Below are positions 24,101 to 36,975 of a DNA stretch of 64,000 nucleotides, piece after piece; the first letter of the stretch is position 1; every line of letters begins with the position of its first letter. The DNA lies in NCBI GenBank assembly GCA_030248215.1, contig JASANG010000932.1:310001-374000 (forward strand), given 5' to 3'. This DNA comes from Enoplolaimus lenunculus. Lineage: Eukaryota. The notes beneath the pieces were generated by a model. It saw only the letters and a list, made by a program, of their open reading frames with translations, ran no database searches and had not been told where the DNA came from. The position numbers and the translations under genes were made by a program.

Positions 24101-25138
24101 CTCCGAAATAGGCTCTACGGGACTGCACAAAATGAATCAAATTCGACTCAGCCAAAGTCAAAACTCACTGAGGCACACGTTTGACTTTGGCGGAATCGAA
24201 TTTGACTCAGTTTGCGTAGTCCCATAGAGTCTATTTCGGAGAAGAGTCAATTTGACTCACCATTTTTTTGCAGTGTGAGTCGACCTTTTAATTAAGGAAT
24301 CAATTTACGACTTAAGTCGTAGCTATGCGCACATGGAATTGGTAGGGTCTACAGACATAAGTACTCAAAAGCTAAAATTTATGCCAGGATAAATCTTAAG
24401 TGTTTTCACATACTTTCTCCAATGAATATTTTCAATTTCATATGAAATGCAATTTCAAGGTAAGATTCGATCCCCTGTTTCACTGTGCGGAGGCGTTTAC
24501 GATGACCACTGAGCTATAGGAGCTGGACGGTCGGGCCCGAGTAGGCTTTCACGTCTTGTGGAGATTCTGCACTGTGCGTGTATGTTATAAATGTTAAAAA
24601 CTGCTCACAGTGTGTGTATTGCTCGTACATTATTGTATTCAGTTGATCATAGTATACTCTATAAGTGAAAGGGTATTCTAACAACGCTACCCCTGTGCCC
24701 ACAAATACCAACATAACAGCGTTTCAAATGCAGCTTGTTCATGTTGAATGATAAGATTTTAATGATATGAAGTGTAAGAAATGGCTTAAAGTTGATTAAG
24801 TTAACCATATCCTAGATTGGATTGAAGCGAAACGAGTTAAACGAGTTAAGCCGGCCTTGGAGTTGAGTCCAATTCAAATTTAACACGAACAACTGACCTA
24901 AATTTGAAAAGCGAAATATCTTAATAACAGCGCAGCTCACATTCCAGTATTAATGTCACTTCAAAATCAAGTCTAAAACTGTAAATTAGCATAGTTTCTG
25001 ACAGCATCATCTGGCGAGTAAAATTTTTTTGAGAACCTTTCTTGAGTTTACTTGAGACATGTACGTTCAACCCAGCCATTGTTAGCTCAACAATTAGCAC
25101 AAAAAATGTATTATTAACCAATCACATTGCAACCAAAA

Positions 25139-25952
25139 GTTGTTCGAGTTTTGTAGCCAATCGCTGTTCCAGTTGTTCGAATTTTGTAACCAGTAGCTGT
25201 TCCGGAAGAGTTGTTTGAGATTTATAACCAATCGTGTTCCAGTTGTTCGAGTTTTGTAACCAATCGCTGTTCCAGTTGTTCGAATTTTGTAACCAATTTC
25301 TGTTCCGGAAGAGTTGTTCCATTTTTGTAACCAATAGCTGTTCAAGTTGTTCGAGTTTTGTAACCAATATCTGTTCCGGAAGAGTTGTTCGAGTTTTGTA
25401 ACCAATATCTGTTCCGGAAGAGTTGTTCCATTTTTGTAACCAATAGCTGTTCAAGTTGTTCGAGTTTTGTAACCAATATCTGTTCCGGAAGAGTTGTTTG
25501 AGATTTGTAACCAATCGCTGTTCCAGTTGTTCGAGTTTTGTAACCAATAGCTGTTCCAGTTGTTAAAGTTTTGTAACCAATAGGCTGTTCCGGAAGAGTT
25601 GTTCAAGTTGTTAGTTTTGTAACCAATATCTGTTCCAGTTGTTCAAGTTTTGTGCCCAATAGCTGTTCCGGAAGAGTTGTTCGAGTTTTGTAACCAATAG
25701 CTGTTCCAGTTGTTCGAGTTTTGTAACCAATAGCTGTTCCAGTTGTTAAAGTTTTGTAACCAATAGGCTGTTCCGGAAGAGTTGTTCGAGTTTTGTAACC
25801 AATATCTGTTCCAGTTGTTCAAGTTTTGTGCCCAATAGCTGTTCCGGAAGAGTTGTTCGAGTTTTGTAACCAATAGCTGTTCCAGTTGTTCGAGTTTTGT
25901 AACCAATAGCTGTTCCAGTTGTTCGAGTTTTGTAACCAATAGGCTGTTCCGG
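25139..25952. repeat. 33/38-bp minisatellite, third copy (fewer units)
   Basis: Same units and flanks as 16999-17947. Confidence 0.85.
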
Positions 25953-26149
25953 ACACGACATATATGTTTATATATGATTATTACAAAATAAAATAATCGT
26001 ACAAACTATAAACGCATTGGCATATAAGAATCGGCATTATTTATGGCGTACAATTGAAGCAGAACTAAACCAAAAATTATTGTTCAGTTGAAACAAATTG
26101 ACGTAAAGTTAAAGCGGAATCTAGCGAAGCGACCATATTTATAATCTAA

Positions 26150-26438
26150 ATTGTTAATTGTTGTTGTAGTTGAAGTTGTTGATGTTGTTGTTGTTTTATA
26201 TTTTATAATTATTTTTATTATTATTGTAAGTACTAATATTATTATTGTTATTGTAACTCAAGATGTAGATATTGATTTCGATTCTTATTACTAGTGTAAA
26301 TTTTATTATTATTGTTATTATTATTATTATTATTGATTTTGTTATTATTATTATCATTATTATTATTATTACTATTATTATTAATTATTATTATTATTAC
26401 TGATATTATTATGATTATTATAAATAATATTAATGTTT

Positions 26439-26482
<44 letters not shown>

Positions 26483-26535
26483 GCTGTTGTTGTTGTTGTT
26501 GTTGTTTTCTTGTTTGTAATTATTATTGTTGCTGT
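26150..26535. repeat. (ATT)n/(GTT)n microsatellite tract downstream (likely 3' UTR) of the 518-aa gene
   Basis: Seen directly; also at 18150-18530 and 19680-20060 in the other two copies. Confidence 0.85.
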
Positions 26536-26585
26536 TGTATTTTGCTATTTTAATGAATGTTTTATGAATAAATATTATTTAAACG

Positions 26586-27732
26586 TTAACTACTCGGAGG
26601 CCATTGCTTCGGTTCGTTGCCTTGAATCGAGACAACTTCGCCCGCAGGCCAGCTGCGGCCCACACCGCCATGCGCTTGTGGTTGCCAAATTTCGTCGGAT
26701 CGCAACTGATCAGGCTGGACTCGATAGCGGATTACTTGTGGTGGCGGCGGAGGCCACACTTCAGGCAGTTTACCTGGCCCGGTCCGGTCCGGTCCACCAG
26801 ACCATGGAGTAGCTGGGTGGTCCGGATCAGCAGCGCCTATAATTCGTTGTTGTTGCCATGCGGTTTCGTCCAACGGCTGATGAGTTGTGATTGTGAAGCC
26901 AAATTGATTTGAAATGAGTGGTTCTCGCTGAGGAGGGGGCCAGACTTGTCCTAGACGACCTACACCCCCGTCTCCTTGCGCCGCTCGGGCGTACAGAGCG
27001 CTTCCAAACGGTGGATGAATATCCCTGCCTTCGGTTTCAGAAATAGTATGATGTGGGACGAAGTCTTGCAGCTGTATCCGGTGCGGTTGATTGAGTTTGT
27101 ATTCTGGTTCTGGCGGTACTCCCCAATTTGCCGCAATTTCGCCTACCATATACGATCCCACCCCTGACGCCATTGCGCGACCTTCAGGATTTCCACCGAA
27201 GCCGCTTACAAGCCTATCGCCCTGCGCGGCGTCGTGATGTGGTACAAAATCGCGGATAGCATGCTGTCCAGGAACGGGCGCTTGGCCAGCAACGGCAATC
27301 TTATCCGCTGGAAATAGTCCTGATTGTCCTCCAGGTAGTCTGCCAGGGCCTGCGGGTTGGCGTGGTCCGCCTTGCGCTACCGCCGCTGGGTTGCCTCGAC
27401 CCCCAGGTGGACCAGCAGGCTGAGCTGCTCCTGTTGCGGCTTGAGCAGCTTGTTGCGCTGCGTTCGCTTCATCGAGTTGTTTTTGTCGCCATTTCGGTAC
27501 GGATCCACCGCCAGATTTGCCAGGGGGTGATGGTTTTTCGGCAGGGGGTGGTTGTTGTTGTTGTGGGGAAATTGCTGCTTGTTTCGATACAGGGGCTTCT
27601 TTTTTCGCAACCGGTTGCTGAGTGATTTGTTTCACCGGTGCTGGATTATGAACCGCAGCAGACGGGTTTCCAGGTTGTGCTTGGGGTGTCGATTTTGACT
27701 GTTGTTGTTGTTGTTGCTGCTGCTGCTGCTGC

Positions 27733-27787
<55 letters not shown>

Positions 27788-28142
27788 GAGCTGGTGTAAT
27801 CTGAGGTTTCGTTGGTTCCGAGTCTTTGGATTTTTGAACCGGTGCCTGAGCAGGTTTTGAGGCAGGTGATTCTACGGCAGCTGCTGGTGCTCCACCTCCA
27901 GCGACTTGATGACCAACAGACGAACCGGATTCGGTGACTTTTGACGTTGTTGTTCGTGTCGTTTCGCCAGCGACAGTTTTCATTTCCGGTTTCTTGGCTG
28001 CTTCCGCTGACGAGGTTCCGCCGACAATTTTGATTCCAGATCCGCCGACAGAAATTGGCTGAGCATCGAAATCATCTTCTTCCTCTTCTTCTTCTTCTTC
28101 TGATTCGTGCGCTGTTTTTGATGGTGTCGATTTGTCGCCCAT
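26586..28142 (-). CDS. Uncharacterised 518-aa low-complexity protein (poly-E, poly-Q, P/A/G-rich) with C-terminal repeated DFVPHH / GGVG / WPP motifs
   Basis: Long GC-rich ORF in an AT-rich background; a TTTACAG acceptor sits 10 nt upstream of the ATG (exon start 28152); internal peptide repeats are conserved at protein level. Family not recognised. Confidence 0.8.
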
Positions 28143-30709
28143 GTTTAAAAAGCTGTAAATTTAAACAAAATAGTTTTCAGTACAATTTTAAATTTGTGCT
28201 GAAAACTGTTATAAACAGTAACTGAACATTATTTTATTAACTCCTTTCAACTGTCACGTCTTGTGGAGATTTTGTACTGCATCTCTGTAATAATTGTTAA
28301 ACACTGCGAGTAGTATATGTATATAAACATATAGGTGAATACTATATATTCACATCACTAATTTCCTGGGTACGTACAACCGGAGGCGTACTGTTTTCGG
28401 CTCCGGCATAACATCGACTGTCAGCTCCGATAGATTTTTTACCGGACGTTCCGGTAATTTCGGTAGTAAACTTTTGCATAATTTTTACAAAATTTATTTG
28501 TTTAGGGCGTTTTGTTTTACATTTGTCACAATTTTGAGTAAAGAATTGCCGAGATTTTGCAGAAAATATTAAGCGTAAAACCAAACAACTTAACAACATA
28601 TTGCAGATATTGGCTAAAATTTACTAATTAATCATCATTTTAACTTGCCAAATTGCATCTCATCTCCGGTTTCACCTCCGTCTCTGGCAAGTTTCGTTGA
28701 CCTCCGGCTTCGGTATTTTTTACTTCCGGTTGCACCCAGCTAATTTCTGTGGATGCATAATTAGCTACCGTTGCTATTCTGCATTGCTTAGGAAGAAAAG
28801 TTTTTGTGAGCCTAAAATGATAATTTCATTTTCCCGCAGAGTATACATAGGCCAAATCAGCCACAACTGTGTACGCAAAATACACAATAAATTAATTATA
28901 ATCAGTGTTTAACAATTATTACGCGTATGCCGAATTTCAAGCAAATAGTATAAGTTCTATAAATATTTAAACCCAAACGAATAAAACAATTTTAAGACAA
29001 ATTAAACATGTAAAAATTATGCACAGAATAAATCGTTTTAAAATTTCAAGACTCCTACCTGCTTTCTTAAATTTTCAAAATATAAATGTCTGCTATTTCA
29101 AACATTAATAGGTTAAAACAGATCAGAAATTCGTGTCTTTAATGGTTTATAAATAAATACGTTATATTTAAGAAATTACTGCTGCCATTTTATAAGACAT
29201 AAATTTCTTCTTTTCAAGAAATAGTTGCATTATATTCAAGGCTAATTCTCTGATTTTTATGTAAGAATAAAATTTGCTTCGTTTATATTCTTAGGAGTGT
29301 ATTTAAATACTCAAATTTCAATTTCGGGTTGAGTTCAGGCTCCTAGTGACCTAAGTTTACGGCTGGGACGTATCTTAGACTGTAAAATTACGGTATTTGA
29401 TTGACCTTTAGCCCCCAATTTAGGAGCTGACCTTCTGGAAAATATTTGCCTTATATTTCAAAAATATTTGTTTCAATCGTTCATGAACTAAAGTCTTAAA
29501 TTTCAGACTTTTAAGTCTGAAAAATCTCAGACCCATATTTTTGAAAAATCTACGAAATAAAAGTCTTAAATTCAAGACATACATGTCAGAAGTCTGTATT
29601 AAGACATACTTGCCTTAAAATTAATCAGACCAATAACGACCAAAGCACTAAGCTAGTTTCTATTGGGATGTTGTATAATAATTGTTGTACTAACTGCAAA
29701 TTACAGCGGAAAAACTTGCACGAGCAACAAAATGGTTTAAGAATAGTGTACCTATATTACGGATAACAGAGGTCTTAAGCTTAGATTTATAATGTTATTC
29801 CGTTCCTAGCTGTCATCAACTGCTAATAGTTGCTGAACTGTGTCACCAAAAATAAGACGTCGGCGTGAAACTGTGAATTAATTACATCTGTTGCGCTAGT
29901 TTTTCTATATTTTGCCAGGAGTCAACAAAAAAACATCCCACTCGCTTTCATATGGTATATATACCAAAATTTACCAAACCCCACAACTCAGGGTAAGCCG
30001 CGATATGAGGATGGGGGGCAGCTGATGTTTTTCGCTTGTTTTAAAGCTTAATTGCGCTTTTCAACGCTGTTAGCATAGCAAAAATGCTTATTTCATCTTC
30101 AAAGGGTGTTTACAATAATGGTTCTTTTCAGCATAAAAGGCCCTCAACCCTGTATTCTTGCAGTGCCTGCAGCCTAAAGTTTTTTCAATGTCTCTCGGTT
30201 TAAGTGGTGGGGGGGGGGTTAGCTAACCATACAGTGTTGTTATGTTCGTATCGCTTTCAAATGTAAACATAATTGCCAAAATTGCAATTTTTGTATCGCA
30301 CTTGCGTGTAGAATGGTAATTTGCGTCAATAAGTTTATTGTACATGTAAATGATTGCAGGCTTATATATATACATATATATATATTTATATATTATATAT
30401 ATTATATATTTTATATATATAATGAAAATTTAAGTCATAAAACAATTACAATGAAATTATTTTGAATATATAAATCAAAGTGAACAAATTGACTACCGGT
30501 TCATTTGGAGCCTGAAAAAAAATTTATTTATTTCCGGGTTTGAAAACTTTGTCTTTATGAGAGCAAACCAAAACTCGCCAAACTTAACGCCACGGTTATG
30601 ATAACATTTTCACCAAAAAAAACACCGGTATGGAGGGTTGCGATAAGAGATAAAACTGCGTTGAGTAAAACTTATTTGTGCGAAAATAATATTTATTAGG
30701 TTTCGTGCG

Positions 30710-30968
30710 CACTGTAAATTCCAGTGAGTTGATTTGAATTCAGAATGAGTTGGGATCCAGTCAGAAGTCTGAGCTATGAATTAGTTCTTTCAGAAGTCAG
30801 ACTTCTGCTTTGTTTGAACTCACTTCCGAGTTATCGTTATTCAAGTAACCATGAATTAAATCAACTCAGAGAGAGAGTTAATTTTTAAGTGTTTAGTAAC
30901 TCAGAAATAACCAGAAATCGCTAATTCTATCTGTGACTTGAGTAATCAACTCATTGCAATTTAGAGTG
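30710..30968. mobile_element. CACTG-ended MITE, family B (CACTGTAAATTCCA.TGAGTTGATT...), rich in AACTCAG/CTGAGTT subrepeats
   Basis: TIRs seen. Other copies ~34750-35000, 35698-35932, 40300-40548, 50424-50630 (truncated), 50956-51207. Confidence 0.75.
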
Positions 30969-32100
30969 TGAGCAGAGATTGTAAGAATTAGGAAACAACG
31001 ACTTTGAAAAACTGCAAATTGAATGCAGGATTGTAATTAAATTTGGATGTTTTCTATTAATTGTGTCTGGCACCAGTCGCCAGAATTAAAGCTTTCACCA
31101 GTTAGCAATAGGTTTTCAAACAAAACGCATCGCAAGGTTTTGATATACGCACATTAGAGAATGCGGGACCAATTCGCCGTACGCTGTAAGACCAGTCCAG
31201 GATGGCTTAATAAACAAAGGGATACGTAGGATTCAGTTGAAGTAAAAAACATTAATTAATGCATGTTCTATGAGAAGCGGGCTCGTAGCCAAGGGGAGCA
31301 GGGGGGGTCAACCCTCCAGGAATAATTATGGCCCCTACCTTAGAAAATTTTGACCTTGCTTGCGACTCATTAAGAACCTTTGAATGCCCCTCCTTAAAAT
31401 TTTTAGCCCCTCCCCTCTAGCACGGTGAACTGGCTACGGGCGTGATAAGAAGGCAAAGTAAACCTAAATTATATTTTTGGTCAATGTTTATTTCAGCTCA
31501 AAGCGTAAGCTATGCGTGTAGTTTTACATCATCGTGCGGCCTAATGTTTCCTTTAGGACCGTAACGGTATAGTAAGCATATTCCTAAGCCTAAGCCTAAG
31601 CCTAAGCCAGGGGCGTTCGCAAGAAAATTATATCTGGGGGTGACCGAAAAATTTTGGGGGTCCTACAATTACAATTCAAGATTGGTTATGTTTAGACCGA
31701 CCTACTTGGGGGGCACCAACCAAATTTGGAACAGCATGGCTCCCAATGCTCCCCTCGAGGACGCCCATTGCCTAAGCGTTGAAGAAACGGCAATCCTACG
31801 TCTGAGCCTAAGCCTAAACAAAAATATAGTCTAAAGCCTGAACCTAATCTTTCGCAATTACACCAGCAAACGGGACTGTTCTAAAAGCAACACGTGCGAA
31901 CGTAAGTAGCGTTCAAATAATGGTAATATTTTCACATGTACCCGACCTGTATAAAAAGGAATTAACCAAATCTTCACTTAAACAATCATCTGGTTATTGG
32001 CATAAACTTAGCCTAAATCCGTGGTTGATGAACCTGTATGTAAAAATCTTAAAAATCTGATGTATACAATTCTAAACACAACTTTCGTTAGGAATATTAA

Positions 32101-32363
32101 CCCCTTCTCACATTGAGTTGCCTGTAGGCAACTCAGCGCAGTGTATATACGTTAAATAATACATATCGCACCGTGTTTAACAAGTGCAACACGTATACAT
32201 AGTACTAAATCACCACAAGACGTGAGAGCCCGCTCGGGCTCGAGCGTCAAGCTCCTATAGCTGAGTGGTGATGGTATACGCCTCCTACTCCAGTCACTGG
32301 AGTTCGAATCCTAGCATAAAAGTAGGTCTCAGGGGAAATAGAAAATATTCATGTGAGAAAGGG
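32101..32363 (+). mobile_element. piggyBac-like MITE with tRNA-like cassette
   Basis: TTAA at 32097-32100 and 32364-32367; same TIRs and interior as 3774-4036. Confidence 0.85.
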
Positions 32364-32801
32364 TTAAGCGAAAAATTTTCAGTTTACTATCTTTAATTTC
32401 CAATCTGTTCATGATAAATGCGAACTGTCAAAAATATAAAGAGAACAAACACTGATTTAATAGCCTGGTCTGCGATATTCTGCTTGAATTCGTAGTCGTT
32501 TACATGAATGTTTATCAGCGCAAAAGTACATTTACACACGAATCATCTTTACCAACCTATTTTATGTTAAGAAAAAAAACAATTTTGTTTGTTCTTACAA
32601 AACTCTAAATGTCGTCAAAATTTGTTCAACTTGACTTTTAGCTTTTATGCTAATGGTATGAGAGAAATCATACTCCTTCGACGGAGCGTAAAATATGTTA
32701 CAATGTAAAAAATGGTGAATCAAATTGACTGTCTCTCCGAAATAAGCTTTTCAGGACTACACAAACTGAGTCAAATTCGGCTCACTGAGCGACTCGGGTG
32801 A

Positions 32802-33580
32802 GTCGAATTTGACTCTAGCGGAATCGAATTTGACTCGAGCTGAATCGAATTTGACTCTAGCGGAATCGAATTTAACTCTAGCGGAATCGAATTTGATTCT
32901 AGCGTAATCGAATTTGACTCTAGCGGAATCGAATTTAACTCTAGCGGAATCGAATTTAACTCTAGCGGAATCCAATTTAACTCTAGCGGAATCGAATTTA
33001 ACTCTAGCGGAATCGTATTTGGCTCTAGCGGAATCGAATTTGACTCTAGCGGAATCGAATTTGACTCTATCGGAATCGAATTTGACTCTATCGGAATCGA
33101 ATTTGACTCTAGCGGAATCGAATTTGACTCTATCGGAATCGAATTTGACTCTATCGGAATCGAATTTGACTCTATCGGAATCGTATTTGGCTCTAGCGGA
33201 ATCGAATTTGACTCTATCGGAATCGAATTTGACTCTAGCGGAATCGAATTTGACTCTATCGGAATCGAATTTGACTCTAGCGGAATCGAATTTGACTCTA
33301 TCGGAATCGAATTTGACTCTATCGGAATCGAATTTGACTCTATCGGAATCGAATTTAACTCTATCGGAATCGTATTTGGCTCTAGCGGAATCGAATTTGA
33401 CTCTATCGGAATCGAATTTGACTCTATCGGAATCGAATTTGACTCTATCGGAATCGAATTTGACTCTATCGGAATCGAATTTGACTCTATCGGAATCGTA
33501 TTTGGCTCTAGTGGAATCGAATTTGACTCTATCGGAATCGAATTTGACTCTAGCGGAATCGAATTTGACTCTAGCGGAAT
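32802..33580. repeat. 21-bp tandem satellite (GAATCGAATTTGACTCTAGCG / ...CTATCG, ~37 copies) amplified from the interior of a family-A CACTG MITE
   Basis: Preceded by a family-A left arm (32701-32800). The unit matches the internal GAGTCGAATTTGACTC subrepeat of that family. No right arm is visible. Confidence 0.9.
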
Positions 33581-36500
33581 TGCGTTTGTCGGTGAATATG
33601 TTACATGTATTAATATAACTGAAAAGACTCTTTAATTGGATGGGTGCAAGGAATAAACGTGCCGGATTATAGCTTAAGCGTCAGGCTTATGCCATCGTTA
33701 GGTTAGACTTAAGCTTAAACTTATGGTAGAGGAAATGTACAAGTGACACAGCAGTTGCTTCTGTCCCACTGGCTCAGCTGTAATCTGTCACCGCTGTTCG
33801 GCCTGATTCCTGCCCGTCCTTCAGTCCTTTCGATCCGGCTGACCCGACTGTCCAGCTCTCACCGCTGACCAGACCAGCTGCCAGTTCACTTTGCTATGGG
33901 GTGCTAGACGGATTTCACGAGGAACATTTAAAGGGGTTTCGTTGAATTACAAACAAAGATTAACAATTTTATAGAGGGGACAAACTAGTTTTAGGGCGGC
34001 TGAGCCATCCTGACCCCCTCTAGCAACGGGCTCGCCGGTGACCTTTCAGCAAATTCTGAGCACGCGTCAGAGGTTATTCCATTTACTCTTTGACTTTTGT
34101 TGTCTTTAGGACTGCGGGACAGCCCTCAGAGTAACATTGGCCGTTGAATCAGACGGAACCTCAGTAATCGGCCCAAGATGCCTCGCAAGGACTAATCTAA
34201 GCCCTGTCAGTTTACATGCTAATTTAGGTTTGAGAACAGCTTCTAAGATTAGATTTTAAACCAAGAACGTACCGTTTAATCTTTTTCATGGATTTTATGT
34301 ACACACTTCAAGTGCCGGTTAGCAAACGCCCAAGCGACAGGTATGTAAAAATACTTCTTATTCAAATTCAAATAATTCTATTTTTAATAAGACTAAAATT
34401 TAAAATATTGAATTTTTTATCAAATTTCGACCCATGCAAAAATCTCACGGTGGAACGTTTTTCTGTAGGACTATGAAATAGAAGACTAAACCTAAACCTA
34501 AACTTAATCCTCAACTTACGCTTTAGACTGTTTCTTTGCTTAACCATAGGCTTAGGCTTAGCCTTAGGTATAAGTTCATTCTTACGATTAGACTTAGGCT
34601 TAAGAATATCCTTATACTACTATTTTACCCCTGTTATTTGCATTGGCCCAAATTTAATATTTTAAGATTTAAATTTTGCGTCAAAGGTGCGAACTTTTTG
34701 GCTTCGCGTTCCATCCATGTCATATTTCAGCTATCAGGTAGAAATCACTCACTGTAAATTCCATTGAGTTGATTTTAACTCAGTATGAGTTGAATCAACT
34801 CAGAGGTCTGAGCTGTGAATAAGGTCTTTCAGAACTCAGAAATATGAATTGTTTAAACTCATTCTGAGTTAATTAATCAACTAACCTAGAATTATATGAG
34901 CTCAGAGTGAGTTAATACTTACTATTATTTACTTAGAAATAACCAGAAATAACTAATCCCCTCTCTGAGTTGATTAATCAACTCAATGGAATTTACAGCG
35001 CTTAGTAAAACGTTGAAAACACCATTTGCATTACAAAATTTTCAGTACCGCAGTGTTTGAGGTTGAATATATTTCCCCCGGCCTTCCAAAATACGCCTCT
35101 GCAATATACCAAACGCGAACATTTTTTTCCCGAAAAATATTTTGGTCAAGTTTTGCGCATGGCCAACATACATTTGTCATTTATTCTCAAACGTGTATAG
35201 CATCTATTACCAGTTAGCGATAGGTTTTCAAACTAACGCATTGTGGCAGCGCTGGTTCCGGTTCATGGATCGAGCTGAAGAAGCAGGGGTGCGTGGAATA
35301 ATTTGAATCATTCGTTGTACGCAACGGTTTGAGAGTTAAGAGTTTTGGCTGGCCATATTTGTTAACGTTGACAAGACAAGAACTTTTAAATCGAAAAATT
35401 TAACTAGAAAAACGAAGGTATTGCGTGTTTGAAACGCAACCGGATATTGTAGGTTTATGCTGCACTAATTTCCAGTTAGCGATACGTGCGATATAGATGA
35501 AATTTGAATAAAATACAAAGTTAGCCTTTATTCTTAATTAGGATGCATCCCGGGAGGTGATAAGACTTATACACGTCAAAAATACGGTAATTTTGTCTAA
35601 AATACGCAACTGTTGGTACAATCAACATACAGTGGTGGATTCAAAATTTGTTGTTGGACCCAGGTCAACTGACCATTTAGTGTTAAATTTGCGTTGACAC
35701 TGTAAATTCCAATGAGTTGATTAATCAATTCAGCTCGCTAGTTGAGTACTTCTGAATTAATGTCACTAAACATTAACTCACTCTAAGTTGAGTTGATTCT
35801 CACTCCGAGTTGAGTTGACTCTGGGTGAGTTGATCAATTAAGTCAGAATGAATTGAATCAACTCAAAATTCTGAGTTCTGTTAGTTCTTCAACTCATTCT
35901 GAGTTAAAATCAACTCACTGAATTTTACAGTGTAGCTTCTTGCCCGTTTCGCTCAACTTGCCGGAGCCGAAGGTGAGGTGAAATTAGGTGGTAAAAATGG
36001 TGCAGTTAATTGATTAATTTTAGCCAATATCTGCAATATGTTGTTGTTTGGTTTTACGCTAATTTCCTGCGAAATTTCAGAATTTCTTTCCTGAAACTAG
36101 TGACAAAAGTAAAACGAAACGCGCTAAACAGATAAATTTTGCAAAATTATGCTAAATTTTACTACCGAAATTGCCGGAACCGCCAGAAAAAATTCTACCG
36201 GATCCGGAGCCCGATTTAAGCGAAACAACTATTAAAACAGAAAATTTAACCGAGAAATACCAAATATCGGTCACCTAAATCACCCGCCCCCTTAAAAAGC
36301 GAAACGGAAACTTTTCTAAGTTCCTTAAAATTCAAAAAAATTTTCGCTTTTCAAATTGAAAAACAACAACATTAATGACTGTTTCAATTAATCATTGTTT
36401 AGTTTTGAGTGCAATTTCGACGTGCAAACAGTAATATTGCAACTGCGTTTGACAGGAAATTTCCAAGCAAACTATTGTATAAAATACCGTATTTGGTACC

Positions 36501-36604
36501 GCTATACAGCAAGCAAACAGGTACTCCCGTCAGTTCGTTTCCAAAGCTGTAAAATCACATCAACCTATCGGACCATACAGAACCCCTCAATACCATATAA
36601 TATT

Positions 36605-36975
36605 TATGTCTGTATGTATATGTATGTATGTGGTATGTATGTATATGTACATGTGTATTGTATGTATGTATATGTACATGTGTATTGTATGTATGTGTAT
36701 GTATCTATATGAACAAGTTAATGTATGTATGTATATGTGTATTGGATGTATGACTATGTATCTATATGTATAAGTGTATGTATGTTATGTATATGTAAAT
36801 GGGTATGTATGTATATGTATGTATGTTTATATAAATGTTTATGTAAATATGTATGTATGTGTATAAATGTATGTGTATGTATATGTTTATGTGTATGAAT
36901 GTATATATGTATATATAAATAGGTATGTATATATGTGTTTATGTGTATATATGTATACGTGTATGTATATATTTT
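36605..36975. repeat. Degenerate (TATG/TA)n microsatellite
   Basis: Seen directly. Confidence 0.9.

Larger units (their letters stand above)
14828..27298. other. Forward / inverted / forward triplicated segment: copy 1 ~14828-18608, copy 2 (inverted) ~18922-22930, copy 3 ~22949-27298; probable assembly artefact
   Basis: The same ORFs and repeats recur three times (e.g. MLVFVGTG... at 16374 -, 21549 +, 24514 -). Junctions are garbled and low-complexity. Confidence 0.9.

Noticed and set aside
32914..33618. 234-aa ORF (LAESNLT)n resembling a pentapeptide or coiled-coil repeat protein
   Set aside because: Translation of the 21-bp MITE-derived satellite.
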